Assembly: GCA_051531935.1 (NCBI GenBank)
Contig: JAOPTR010000007.1
Span: 283,420 to 347,419 of the forward strand
DNA from: Hyphomicrobiales bacterium
Lineage (GTDB): Bacteria > Pseudomonadota > Alphaproteobacteria > Rhizobiales > OSC116
Length of the DNA: 64,000 bases
Direction of reading: 5' to 3'
The translations under genes were made by a program, and so were the position numbers. Below the pieces are notes generated by a model. It saw only the letters and a program-made list of their open reading frames with translations, ran no database searches and was not told the origin of the DNA. Every line of letters begins with the position of its first letter. The stretch's first letter is position 1. Of the stretch, positions 9,142 through 17,728 are shown one piece after another.

Positions 9142-9921
9142 ATGAAGATATTGATTACTGAAAATGAAGAATTGGCATCGCAAAAAGCGGCTAGTCTTTT
9201 AAAACAAGCGGTGGTGGAAAAACCAAATGCAATTTTAGGATTGGCGACAGGCGGAACTATGCTTAGCGTTTATGAACGATTGATTGGAATGTATAGGCTT
9301 GGTGGCTTTTCATTTGAGAATATTATGAGTTTTAATTTGGATGAATATGTGGGGGTGGCTGAAGAACATCATGCAAGCTACAGACATTATATGAATTCAA
9401 ATTTATTCGACCATATAGACATCCAAATTAAAAACACACATTTACCCAATGGCAATGAGTTGAATGTCGAGCAAAATGCCAAAAAATACGAAGAGAAAAT
9501 TCAAGGAAGCTCAGGCATTGATTTGATTTTACTTGGCATCGGAAAAAATGGCCATATTGGTTTTAATGAACCTACATCGAGCTTAGCATCTCGAACACGT
9601 GTGAAAACACTGACACAAAGCACGCGGAACCAAAATTTGAAATATTTTGACAAGATAGAAGATGTGCCTAAATATGCTGTAACCATGGGTTTGCAAACTA
9701 TTTTGGATGCAAAAAAATGTTTATTAGTCGCAACAGGTGCAGCAAAAGCTCAAGCCGTTGCAAAAATGGTTGAGGGCGGTGTTTCGGCCTCTTGTCCGGC
9801 CTCTATTTTGCAACATCACGAAAAAACGACAATTATTATTGATAAAGCGGCGGCAAGTGAGTTGAAGCTTTTGGATTATTATGAAAATGTTCACCCCAAT
9901 GGCGAAGAGGTTTATTTTTAA
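9142..9921 (+). CDS. nagB: Glucosamine-6-phosphate deaminase
   Basis: 259 aa. LGLATGGTM.., FNLDEYVG, LLGIGKNGHIGFNEP are typical of NagB. Confidence 0.9.
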   Translation: MKILITENEELASQKAASLLKQAVVEKPNAILGLATGGTMLSVYERLIGMYRLGGFSFENIMSFNLDEYVGVAEEHHASYRHYMNSNLFDHIDIQIKNTHLPNGNELNVEQNAKKYEEKIQGSSGIDLILLGIGKNGHIGFNEPTSSLASRTRVKTLTQSTRNQNLKYFDKIEDVPKYAVTMGLQTILDAKKCLLVATGAAKAQAVAKMVEGGVSASCPASILQHHEKTTIIIDKAAASELKLLDYYENVHPNGEEVYF

Positions 9922-9963
9922 CTGGCTTAACATACGACTAGTAAATCGGCGGGAATCCGAGCC

Positions 9964-11160
9964 TCACATTTCTACAGATGTGCCAAATATCGCAATAATA
10001 AAACCCAAACTACTTAGTGAAATATATAACAACAATCTATATTTGTTTGATTGTGATTTATAGGCATATACCGCGGCAATGGCTGCCTGCAATGCGTAAT
10101 AAAGAGCAAAAGCACGTGAAGCATAGCTAATAATTCCAAATATATTCACACTCCAAGTTAAGGCTAAACCAACTAGAACCAACAGAAGATACGCTTGTTT
10201 TTGCGTTATTCTGCTATGGCTAAGCTCTTCAATCAACCCGCCAGAACCGCCTGTATCCGCCAAAGCCGCGCTGAATTGAGCGCTTAATGCGGCCGCAATT
10301 AACATGGCAGGTAATATCGGTGAAACAACCACCATCATGTCTATAATGGCGGTTTCAGAAAAACCAAAGTCTGTGGGTTTAAACATATAAGCAATTAAAA
10401 CTATGTAGATAATGTATATGAGGGATGCAATATATTGCGCCAAACGCATGGACTGAATGCGTGTTTTAGCAGAATATTTTTGGCCTAGGTAACGCGAAGT
10501 TTCAAAACCCTGAATGGTGACAATTAATCCAAATGTAAGCGTTATCAGAGACCAATTAAATGGCTTTGATGGAGTGAGAACTAATTCTTTGGCGCTGATT
10601 TGATTTAGATTAAATAATATTAGCCCAACAATGAGCCCCACAATGATTGATATTTTGAGACTGACGGTAATTTGTTCTAGTCGTTCTAAAGCCGAGAATC
10701 CTTTGCTCCAACCGACAATAAGTATAACGATAAATATTGCGCTGGTTAGAAATTGAGCATGATTTGTATCAGTGAGAGATACCAACCTTGCGCCAAATGC
10801 GCCAAATAAGTTTAAATAGTAAGCCACAGAAACAATATATGCAAATGCGAGCACCCAAGAGGATATCTGCTCGAGCCACTGCACTATATTTTGTTGATTG
10901 GCTATTTCGCGTGCTTTTATATTATAGCGAATGGCCGAGCCAAATAAAAACCCGACCAGACATAATACGGCCATCACAACGGGTGCATACATCCCAAAAT
11001 TCTGAATTAATATTGGCCCCAAAATTAAAAAGCCACTGCCAATAATTGAAGCAAGTGGAGTAATGGTTGCACTCCACAATATGTTGCGCGTAAGACGAGG
11101 CAAAAATAATATAATGCCTGCAATAAGAGAGAACATTATAATGGTAATATTGGTTGTCAT
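9964..11160 (-). CDS. Uncharacterised polytopic inner-membrane protein (about 11-12 TM), possibly an APC-fold transporter
   Basis: 398 aa and almost entirely hydrophobic helices. A GSGF element in the first helices (ASIIGSGFLILGP) resembles the APC-superfamily TM1 motif. I recognise no family signature. Confidence 0.5.
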   Translation of the reverse strand: MTTNITIIMFSLIAGIILFLPRLTRNILWSATITPLASIIGSGFLILGPILIQNFGMYAPVVMAVLCLVGFLFGSAIRYNIKAREIANQQNIVQWLEQISSWVLAFAYIVSVAYYLNLFGAFGARLVSLTDTNHAQFLTSAIFIVILIVGWSKGFSALERLEQITVSLKISIIVGLIVGLILFNLNQISAKELVLTPSKPFNWSLITLTFGLIVTIQGFETSRYLGQKYSAKTRIQSMRLAQYIASLIYIIYIVLIAYMFKPTDFGFSETAIIDMMVVVSPILPAMLIAAALSAQFSAALADTGGSGGLIEELSHSRITQKQAYLLLVLVGLALTWSVNIFGIISYASRAFALYYALQAAIAAVYAYKSQSNKYRLLLYISLSSLGFIIAIFGTSVEM

Positions 11161-11263
11161 GTTTTAACGATTCATCGAGTTAATTTACCACAGCTTCACA
11201 TCGGTAATGCTTTCATTTTTATTGAGTTTTAAAAATAGAACCGTGTGTGCAACTCAGTGTAAG

Positions 11264-11385
11264 TCAACGCCAGTTTTGTATTGGCATTATCCTACCCGTA
11301 GCCATGTTAGGCCTCTCATTATTATAAGTCCATAACCAGTTGATGGCTCGTGATCGTTCATCGACAAAAATCACATGTATTCTCT
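11264..11385 (-). pseudogene. C-terminal remnant of an IS3-like (rve/DDE integrase) transposase
   Basis: The minus-strand frame reads (stop)QRIHVIFVDERSRAINWLWTYNNERPNMATGRIMPIQNWR(stop). The W..YN.ERP...G..P block is the conserved tail of rve-domain transposases. No start codon and no catalytic core remain. Confidence 0.6.
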
Positions 11386-11440
11386 GTTAACTCTTAATTT
11401 GCAGGTCTTTTATTGACGAAATAGCTAGCAATTTTTACAT

Positions 11441-12511
11441 TTAAAGCACGAGCCCAGTGTTTTTATCAAATAGATATATGTGTTCGGATTTGATGTTGAT
11501 GTTGACTTCATCACCTGTTGAGACGGTTCCGCGACCTTGTTGAATGAGCATTAATTCAGGGTTGCCAGCCGTGGTGTAATAAGTTGTTGGCCCCGTTGCT
11601 TCGGTCGTGGCTATTTTAACGCTTAAGTTGGCAGGGGATTCGGAAATTTCCAAATATTCAGGCCTCATGCCGACATCTATTTTTTGCCCTGCCGTGAACT
11701 GGCGGTTAAGCGCAATAGTTTGCGGCGGATTAAAATTGAGCTGTACTGACTTACCATCATCACCAATGACACCATCGACAAAATTCATGGCAGGAGAGCC
11801 GATAAAACCTGCAACAAATTTATTGGCGGGTTTGTCGTATAAATCGAGCGGAGAGCCTTGTTGCACAATGACACCTTTGCACAATACCACGACATGATCG
11901 GCCATGGTCATCGCCTCGATTTGATCATGGGTTACATAAACCGAGGTTGCGCCCAAACGATCGTGTAATGCGCGGATTTCTTTGCGCATATGCACCCTCA
12001 ATGACGCGTCTAGATTTGACAATGGTTCATCGAACAAAAAGGCTTTAGGGTCGCGTATAATCGCACGCCCCATGGCCACACGCTGTCTTTGCCCGCCAGA
12101 TAGCTCTCGTGGGTAACGGCTTAGTAATTCTGACAGGCCTATGGTTTTTGCAATTTCTTCGGCGGCTTTATTGGCCTGTTTTTTAGGAGTGCCTTTAATG
12201 CGCAGTGAATAGGTTAAGTTGTCCAATACTGTCATATGCGGGTAGAGGGCATAGGATTGAAATACCATAGCCACATCACGTTTGCGCGGTGGTAGATTGT
12301 TCACCTCATCACCAGCAATGCTCATCGTGCCGCTAGAAATACTCTCGAGGCCTGCTATAGAACGCAAAAGGGTTGATTTGCCGCAACCCGAAGGGCCGAC
12401 AAGGGCTACGAATTGGCCTTTGGGGATGCTTAAATTAATATCTTTTAAGGCGTGGAAACTGCCATAATATTTATTGATATCATTAAGTTCGATTTGTATC
12501 ACGTCGCTCAT
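11441..12511 (-). CDS. ABC transporter ATP-binding protein, MalK/UgpC type
   Basis: The track ORF (to 12619) carries a non-homologous 36-aa extension. The start is placed at MSDVIQIELNDINKYYG (12511), which gives an ATGA overlap with the upstream permease stop. Walker A GPSGCGKST, LSGGQRQRVAMGRA. Confidence 0.88.
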   Translation of the reverse strand: MSDVIQIELNDINKYYGSFHALKDINLSIPKGQFVALVGPSGCGKSTLLRSIAGLESISSGTMSIAGDEVNNLPPRKRDVAMVFQSYALYPHMTVLDNLTYSLRIKGTPKKQANKAAEEIAKTIGLSELLSRYPRELSGGQRQRVAMGRAIIRDPKAFLFDEPLSNLDASLRVHMRKEIRALHDRLGATSVYVTHDQIEAMTMADHVVVLCKGVIVQQGSPLDLYDKPANKFVAGFIGSPAMNFVDGVIGDDGKSVQLNFNPPQTIALNRQFTAGQKIDVGMRPEYLEISESPANLSVKIATTEATGPTTYYTTAGNPELMLIQQGRGTVSTGDEVNINIKSEHIYLFDKNTGLVL

Positions 12512-13347
12512 TTTAACGCTCCTGAAGTTAGACCCGCAACGATGCGACGTTGCAATAATATAAAAATACCAAGGATGGGCATCACATACATCATGGCGAA
12601 AGCCATAATCTTGTTCCACTCATTGGTATTTGGCCCCATGAATGAATTTAACCCAACGCTGGCTGGCTGCAATTCACTGGCTTGTATCATTGATTTTGAA
12701 TAGACAAATTCGCCAAAGGCTTGCATGAAAATAAGAATAGCAGAGACCAAAATACCATTGCGCGCTAACGGCAAAACAATGTTCCAAAATGCCCCAAGGC
12801 GTGAGTTGCCATCGACCAAAGCCGCTTCTTCTAACTCATATGGCACAGACATAAAAGTAGCGCGTACCAGAATGATAAAGAATGGCATGGTTTTGGCGCT
12901 TAAAGCCAAAATGACCGCGGTGCGTGGTAGCTCTAGTAAGCCAACTTGGTTAAAGCCTACAAATAACGGCGTGACCATGAGTGAGGCAGGTAGCACTTGT
13001 AACATCAGCACTAGAAATAGGCCAATGTCTATCCAGATGTTGCGATAACGGGCTAAAACATAGGCGCAGCCTGTGCCTAAAATGGCGGTTATAGCCATTG
13101 TACCAGTGGCAATGTATAGGCTATTTCCCATGTATCGCGCCATGTTTTTGGATTGCCACACATCAGCATAAGTAGACCATTGTGGCACATCTGGCCATAA
13201 TGCTGGGGGTGTCGCAAATACATCTGAACCAGATTTTAAACTGGTCACGAACATCCAATAAAGCGGAAATAGATAGATGCCGGCAAGGCCTAATGCCACG
13301 AGTAGTAGCAGGCGGCTGGTCCAAATTTGTTGGTTATTCTCATTCAT
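12508..13347 (-). CDS. CUT1 ABC permease (MalG-like)
   Basis: 279 aa. EAA loop LEEAALVDGNSRLGAFWNIVLPL. Confidence 0.85.
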   Translation of the reverse strand: MNENNQQIWTSRLLLLVALGLAGIYLFPLYWMFVTSLKSGSDVFATPPALWPDVPQWSTYADVWQSKNMARYMGNSLYIATGTMAITAILGTGCAYVLARYRNIWIDIGLFLVLMLQVLPASLMVTPLFVGFNQVGLLELPRTAVILALSAKTMPFFIILVRATFMSVPYELEEAALVDGNSRLGAFWNIVLPLARNGILVSAILIFMQAFGEFVYSKSMIQASELQPASVGLNSFMGPNTNEWNKIMAFAMMYVMPILGIFILLQRRIVAGLTSGALK

Positions 13348-14246
13348 CCGCGTACCTCTTGTTTTGTTGAACGCACATAGATTATCGACGCAATCATCAC
13401 CACCACAATCATCAGCACGGAAATGGTAGCCCCGCGCGCAAAATCATATTCTCTAAAGCTCATTTCCCACGCTTTATATTGGGCGACATTGGATGAGTTG
13501 GCGGGCCCGCCTGATGTGATGGCGGCAAACAGATCGAATTGTTGTAGAGTGAATATAAGGCCGAGTGATACGACTGCGCCAATGGTAGCGCGCATCATAG
13601 GCAAAGTGATGGTTCTGAAGCGTTGTATGGCGGTTGCACCGTCCAATTCGGCAGCTTCATATATATCCTTGGGGATGGCAGCAAGGCCAACTGAAAGTAA
13701 TATCATATTGAATGCTGTGCCAAGCCAAATGTTGGCAATGATCACTGCCCAGAGCGAGTAATTAATATCAGAGCGCCAGAAAATATTTTCGGATATGAAG
13801 CCTATAGATTTTAGGAAGTGATTTAAAATACCAAAATCGCCTGACAATATCCAATTCCAAATGGCGCCAACCACAAGGCCTGGCATAACCCAAGAAACTA
13901 GAAACAAACCCCGCAAATAAGTTGAACCTGGGAATTTTAGGGTGAAAAATAATGCTAAACCAAAACCAACTATAAACTGCCCTGCGATTGAGCTAAATAC
14001 AAAGACAATGGTGTTCCAAAAAATGGGTAATGTTGTTGGGTCATCAAATAAGGCGCGGTAATTGTCTAGCCCGACCCATGGGCGAATGAATGTGCCAAGG
14101 TTGAAAATATCAACCTCTTGAAAGCTCATAATGGCGTTGTAAATTAACGGTGCGCCAGAAAACAATATAAGAAATACCATGGCGATGGCAATGAGGCTAA
14201 TGTCAAACCCTTTGCCATCTCTTAAACTAGAGAATAATGCGCGCAT
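13344..14246 (-). CDS. CUT1 ABC permease (MalF-like)
   Basis: 300 aa. EAA loop YEAAELDGATAIQRFRTITLPMM. 4-nt overlap with the downstream permease gene. Confidence 0.85.
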   Translation of the reverse strand: MRALFSSLRDGKGFDISLIAIAMVFLILFSGAPLIYNAIMSFQEVDIFNLGTFIRPWVGLDNYRALFDDPTTLPIFWNTIVFVFSSIAGQFIVGFGLALFFTLKFPGSTYLRGLFLVSWVMPGLVVGAIWNWILSGDFGILNHFLKSIGFISENIFWRSDINYSLWAVIIANIWLGTAFNMILLSVGLAAIPKDIYEAAELDGATAIQRFRTITLPMMRATIGAVVSLGLIFTLQQFDLFAAITSGGPANSSNVAQYKAWEMSFREYDFARGATISVLMIVVVMIASIIYVRSTKQEVRG

Positions 14247-14268
14247 GATCTCTCCTTATGGGGTGCTT

Positions 14269-14296
14269 GACTGCTCGATATTTCTATCGAACAGTC
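14269..14296 (-). other. Intercistronic stem-loop immediately 3' of the SBP gene
   Basis: GACTGCTCGATA-TTTC-TATCGAACAGTC forms a 12-bp stem with one mismatch. No U-tract follows on the transcribed (minus) strand. Confidence 0.5.
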
Positions 14297-14306
14297 CTGG
14301 GGGAAG

Positions 14307-15530
14307 TTATTTTAAGATGGTCTCAATTTTAGCAGCGGCTTGATCTAAAGCCTCTTTTGAGGTCGCGCCACCTGTAAGAGCGGTTTGAATGGCATCTTGA
14401 ATGGCTTTTGAAATTTTTGGCCATTCTGGGTGCGGTCCGCGAGCTTGAGCATATTGCAATTGTTCTTGGAACACTTTAAGTGCCGCATCTTTAAGCGCAA
14501 TGCCTGTTGGAGGCAACGCAATGTCGGAACGTGCAGGCAATTGCCCAAATTCGGGGAATAAGCGATCATCTTGCGATGCAAAATATTCCAAAGCTTTAAA
14601 GGCTTCGTCTGGGTGTTTGGAATTTGAGAAAATCGCCCAGTTAAAATCACCCATTGCAGATGAACGTGGTGAGCCAACTTCTGGCACAGGCAATAATGCC
14701 ACACTCCAATCAAATTTGGCTTCTTCTAACATGCGGTTAAGCTCCCACGGGCCAGAGATAACCATGGCGGCATTGCCAGAGTTAAATGTGCCAGTGCTAT
14801 CCCATTGACCACGGGTAAGCGTATCGGGTGATGCGAGTTTTTCGTCCAATATAGTCTTCCATGTGTCTAGTGCTTTTACGGCACCTTGAACATTTATATT
14901 GTCATAACTACCACCCGCCATTTGCGCCCATGGTAGGAACTGGAACGTGCCTTCTTCGCTAGCTTTGGCTGAGAATGCAAGGCCGTAAACATTGTTGGTA
15001 GGGTCATTTAATTTGCGAGCAGTATCGACTAATTCTGCCCAAGTTTCAGGTGCTGTCTCAATGCCAGCTTGTTTATAAAGGTCTTTATTATAATAGAGTG
15101 CAATTGTATTGGTGGCTTTTGGCACGCCAAATAATTTACCATCCCAGCTTACCGAATTAAGTGGGCCTTTGAAATAATTGTCGGCATTGATAATTGTTGA
15201 GGCGGCAATTTTGTCGGTGATATCTAAGAATGCACCACGCCCCGCAAATAAAGCATGTTCTGGATTGTCGACCGCAATAATGTCGGGCGATTTACCAGTG
15301 GCAAAGGCGCGCATTGATTCTGAAACCACATCATCAAATTGAATTTCGCGATATTCGATCTTAATGCCGTTATCCATATCGCTAAATTCTTTGGCATAAT
15401 TAAATGCTGGTTGGTTCTCATCATCTAACGACCATACCGTGATGGTGACATCTTCGGCAAATGTTGGTGATGCCATAATGGCCGTTGATAGCAACAAGCC
15501 ACCCAGCATCAGTTTTAGTTTATTTCCCAT
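14307..15530 (-). CDS. ABC sugar-binding periplasmic protein (family 1 / CUT1), ligand unknown
   Basis: 407 aa. Signal peptide [25 protein letters not shown]. Confidence 0.8.
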   Translation of the reverse strand: MGNKLKLMLGGLLLSTAIMASPTFAEDVTITVWSLDDENQPAFNYAKEFSDMDNGIKIEYREIQFDDVVSESMRAFATGKSPDIIAVDNPEHALFAGRGAFLDITDKIAASTIINADNYFKGPLNSVSWDGKLFGVPKATNTIALYYNKDLYKQAGIETAPETWAELVDTARKLNDPTNNVYGLAFSAKASEEGTFQFLPWAQMAGGSYDNINVQGAVKALDTWKTILDEKLASPDTLTRGQWDSTGTFNSGNAAMVISGPWELNRMLEEAKFDWSVALLPVPEVGSPRSSAMGDFNWAIFSNSKHPDEAFKALEYFASQDDRLFPEFGQLPARSDIALPPTGIALKDAALKVFQEQLQYAQARGPHPEWPKISKAIQDAIQTALTGGATSKEALDQAAAKIETILK

Positions 15531-15583
15531 AATATTCTCCTCCCTTTAGAGTGTTTGGGTATTCGCTCAGTATTCACTGAGAA

Positions 15584-16516
15584 TTATTTTAAAGATGGAT
15601 CGCCGCCGCCATATTGGGCTTGGATGTTGACAAAGTCTCCACCACGGCAGTGTTTTAGATAATTCATGGCATGAACTTGGCCGGTCATTTCGAGTTCGTC
15701 TTTATAGACAGGGTCATGCCAACCTTCAATGTCGATTGCGCCTGTATACCCAGCCATTCGCAATTCAGAAATTACATCTGCCCAATTGCTATCGCCAAAA
15801 CCTGGACTGCGCATAAATACAAATTCTTCTTTGCCAAATATACCATGTTCGCGGATCACTTCATGACGCACAGTGGCGTCTTTGCCATGTACATGAAAAA
15901 TCTTATCGGCCCATTTGCGAATTTGCGGCAACGGATCAATCAGATAAACAAGTTGATGACAAGGTTCCCATTCTAGCCCCATATTATCTTGCGGGGTTTC
16001 GTTAAAAATCAATTCCCAAGCATCGGGGTTATGGGCGATATTCCAATCGCCTGTTTGCCAATTGCCATCCATAGCGCAATTTTCAAATGCAATTTTAATG
16101 CCTTTATCTTCGGCACGTTTTGAAAGTTCAGTCCATACTTCTTTATATTTAGGCAGGCTATCTTCAATCGGTTTGCCACGCACACGGCCTGTAAAGCCAG
16201 CAACGCAAGTTGCGCCAAAATGGTGAGCATTGTCGATGCAATCCTTCCAACCTTGTAATGTATCCCGATCAAGTGGTTGGTCTTCAAGTGGGTTGCCAAA
16301 CATGCCTAAAGTCGAAATTGTAATGTCGCGATCACCAATGGCATCTTTGCAGCGTTTGCCAAGTTCGGCAATGTCTTGGCCGTTTGTGGTTTGCCAAAAG
16401 AATGGCTCAAAACTTTCAAACCCAAGGTCGGCAATTTCGCCGATGCGCTGTGCAGCTTCACCGCTAGATGCGCTAATCATCGTGCCAATACGAATGGCTT
16501 TTTTAGGATCTTTCAT
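15584..16516 (-). CDS. Sugar phosphate isomerase/epimerase family protein (xylose-isomerase-like TIM barrel)
   Basis: 310 aa. Metal-ligand-type blocks IAFENC, FHVHGKD, AIDIEGWHD. ATGA overlap with the upstream oxidoreductase gene. Confidence 0.75.
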   Translation of the reverse strand: MKDPKKAIRIGTMISASSGEAAQRIGEIADLGFESFEPFFWQTTNGQDIAELGKRCKDAIGDRDITISTLGMFGNPLEDQPLDRDTLQGWKDCIDNAHHFGATCVAGFTGRVRGKPIEDSLPKYKEVWTELSKRAEDKGIKIAFENCAMDGNWQTGDWNIAHNPDAWELIFNETPQDNMGLEWEPCHQLVYLIDPLPQIRKWADKIFHVHGKDATVRHEVIREHGIFGKEEFVFMRSPGFGDSNWADVISELRMAGYTGAIDIEGWHDPVYKDELEMTGQVHAMNYLKHCRGGDFVNIQAQYGGGDPSLK

Positions 16517-17571
16517 ATATTTTCCTCACTTTTAATTTCAATTCTTTGTTTGGTTTCAGCGCTTTTGATGGCAGCAAAAACCATATTTAAACTTTTGATA
16601 TTATCGCTACCCACGGTTTCGGGTTGTGTGCCGTTGTGAATGGCTTGGAAAAAATCAGTCAACACACTGGCATGACCATGTATTTCAGCATCATTCACAT
16701 CGTCAGAAACGTTTACGGTTTCGGTCAAACGAATAAACCCTTCATCATTTGTAAGTAAACTCGCTTGCATGTCATCGGAGCCATCCCAAAGCAAAGTGCC
16801 TTTTGTGCCGATCACCCGCCATGTTGATTCCCAACTGGTATTGGCACCTTCAGCACACCATGAGCCGCGATAAGTGAATGTACAATTGTCAGAAAATTCA
16901 AAAATAGCATTGGCGGCCGCACCGTGTTGATACCAAGAACCATTGGGGTTGATCTCATGGCAATAGACAGCTTCGGGGGTCTTATTCATAATAAAACGCG
17001 CAGCATCAAATGTATGCACCGCCATATCGAGCAATAAAACATGCTGCATTTTGTCTCTGAATCCACCGAAATGTGCGCCCAAAAAGAAATCACAATGAAC
17101 AGCAGTCAATTCACCTAGTGCGCCACTTTTTACAAATTTATCAATGCGTCTTATGCCAGCAATAAACCGCCTATTTTGCACTATGGCGTGAATGCGATCG
17201 GCCTTTTGAGCTAATGATAATAATTCTTGTGCTTCTTCCATGCTGTTGGCCATTGGTTTTTCGGACAAAACATGGCAACCATGTGACAATCCAATTTCCA
17301 CAACCTTGCGCCGTGCAGTGGGTATCACCACATCAAATAAAATATCTGGTTTGGTATCTGCAAGCACTTGATTTAAATCCGAACCGATAACCACCTCGGA
17401 AAGTGATAAGCGATCAGAAAACTCGGCAGCCAATGCATTTGCCACATCTAATGACAGGTCAACCAGCCCGACTATTTTGAGCCCTTGCTTGAGCATTTCT
17501 GTTTCGGCAATGGCTTTTAGCCACCCTTTGGCCATAGCTCCGCATCCGACTAAAACCACTGTTTTTGTCAC
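16513..17571 (-). CDS. Gfo/Idh/MocA-family NAD(P)-dependent oxidoreductase
   Basis: 352 aa. GTG start preceded by GGGAGA. N-terminal Rossmann element VVLVGCGAMAKGW and the EKP motif (LSEKPMA). Confidence 0.8.
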   Translation of the reverse strand: MTKTVVLVGCGAMAKGWLKAIAETEMLKQGLKIVGLVDLSLDVANALAAEFSDRLSLSEVVIGSDLNQVLADTKPDILFDVVIPTARRKVVEIGLSHGCHVLSEKPMANSMEEAQELLSLAQKADRIHAIVQNRRFIAGIRRIDKFVKSGALGELTAVHCDFFLGAHFGGFRDKMQHVLLLDMAVHTFDAARFIMNKTPEAVYCHEINPNGSWYQHGAAANAIFEFSDNCTFTYRGSWCAEGANTSWESTWRVIGTKGTLLWDGSDDMQASLLTNDEGFIRLTETVNVSDDVNDAEIHGHASVLTDFFQAIHNGTQPETVGSDNIKSLNMVFAAIKSAETKQRIEIKSEENI

Positions 17572-17627
17572 TGTAATCTCCCTGAAACGTTCAGCTAACT
17601 TGATTTGTTTAGTTTTATTGGTTATTT

Positions 17628-17643
17628 CCGTAAACGTTTACGG
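17628..17643. promoter_or_regulatory. Perfect 16-bp palindrome CCGTAAACGTTTACGG, LacI-family operator
   Basis: Self-complementary as read from the sequence. It has the central CG typical of LacI/GalR operators. It lies in the divergent region between the oxidoreductase operon and the LacI gene. Confidence 0.7.
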
Positions 17644-17728
17644 TACTATACATGACGTCAAAAATGTGTCAATAGTTCCGAAGTTAAATTTTCACAATAA
17701 ATTCGAATCGGCACGGGATCATCCCAAA

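Noticed and set aside
12512-12619. N-terminal extensions of several track ORFs: ATPase 11441-12619, LacI 17477-, TetR 39584-, LysR -41313, MCP 36195-, PaaK-like 51986-, Nudix 53166-.
   Set aside because: The extra residues precede the conserved family N-termini, and some overlap neighbouring genes. Internal starts give normal protein lengths, SD sequences or ATGA-type coupling overlaps.
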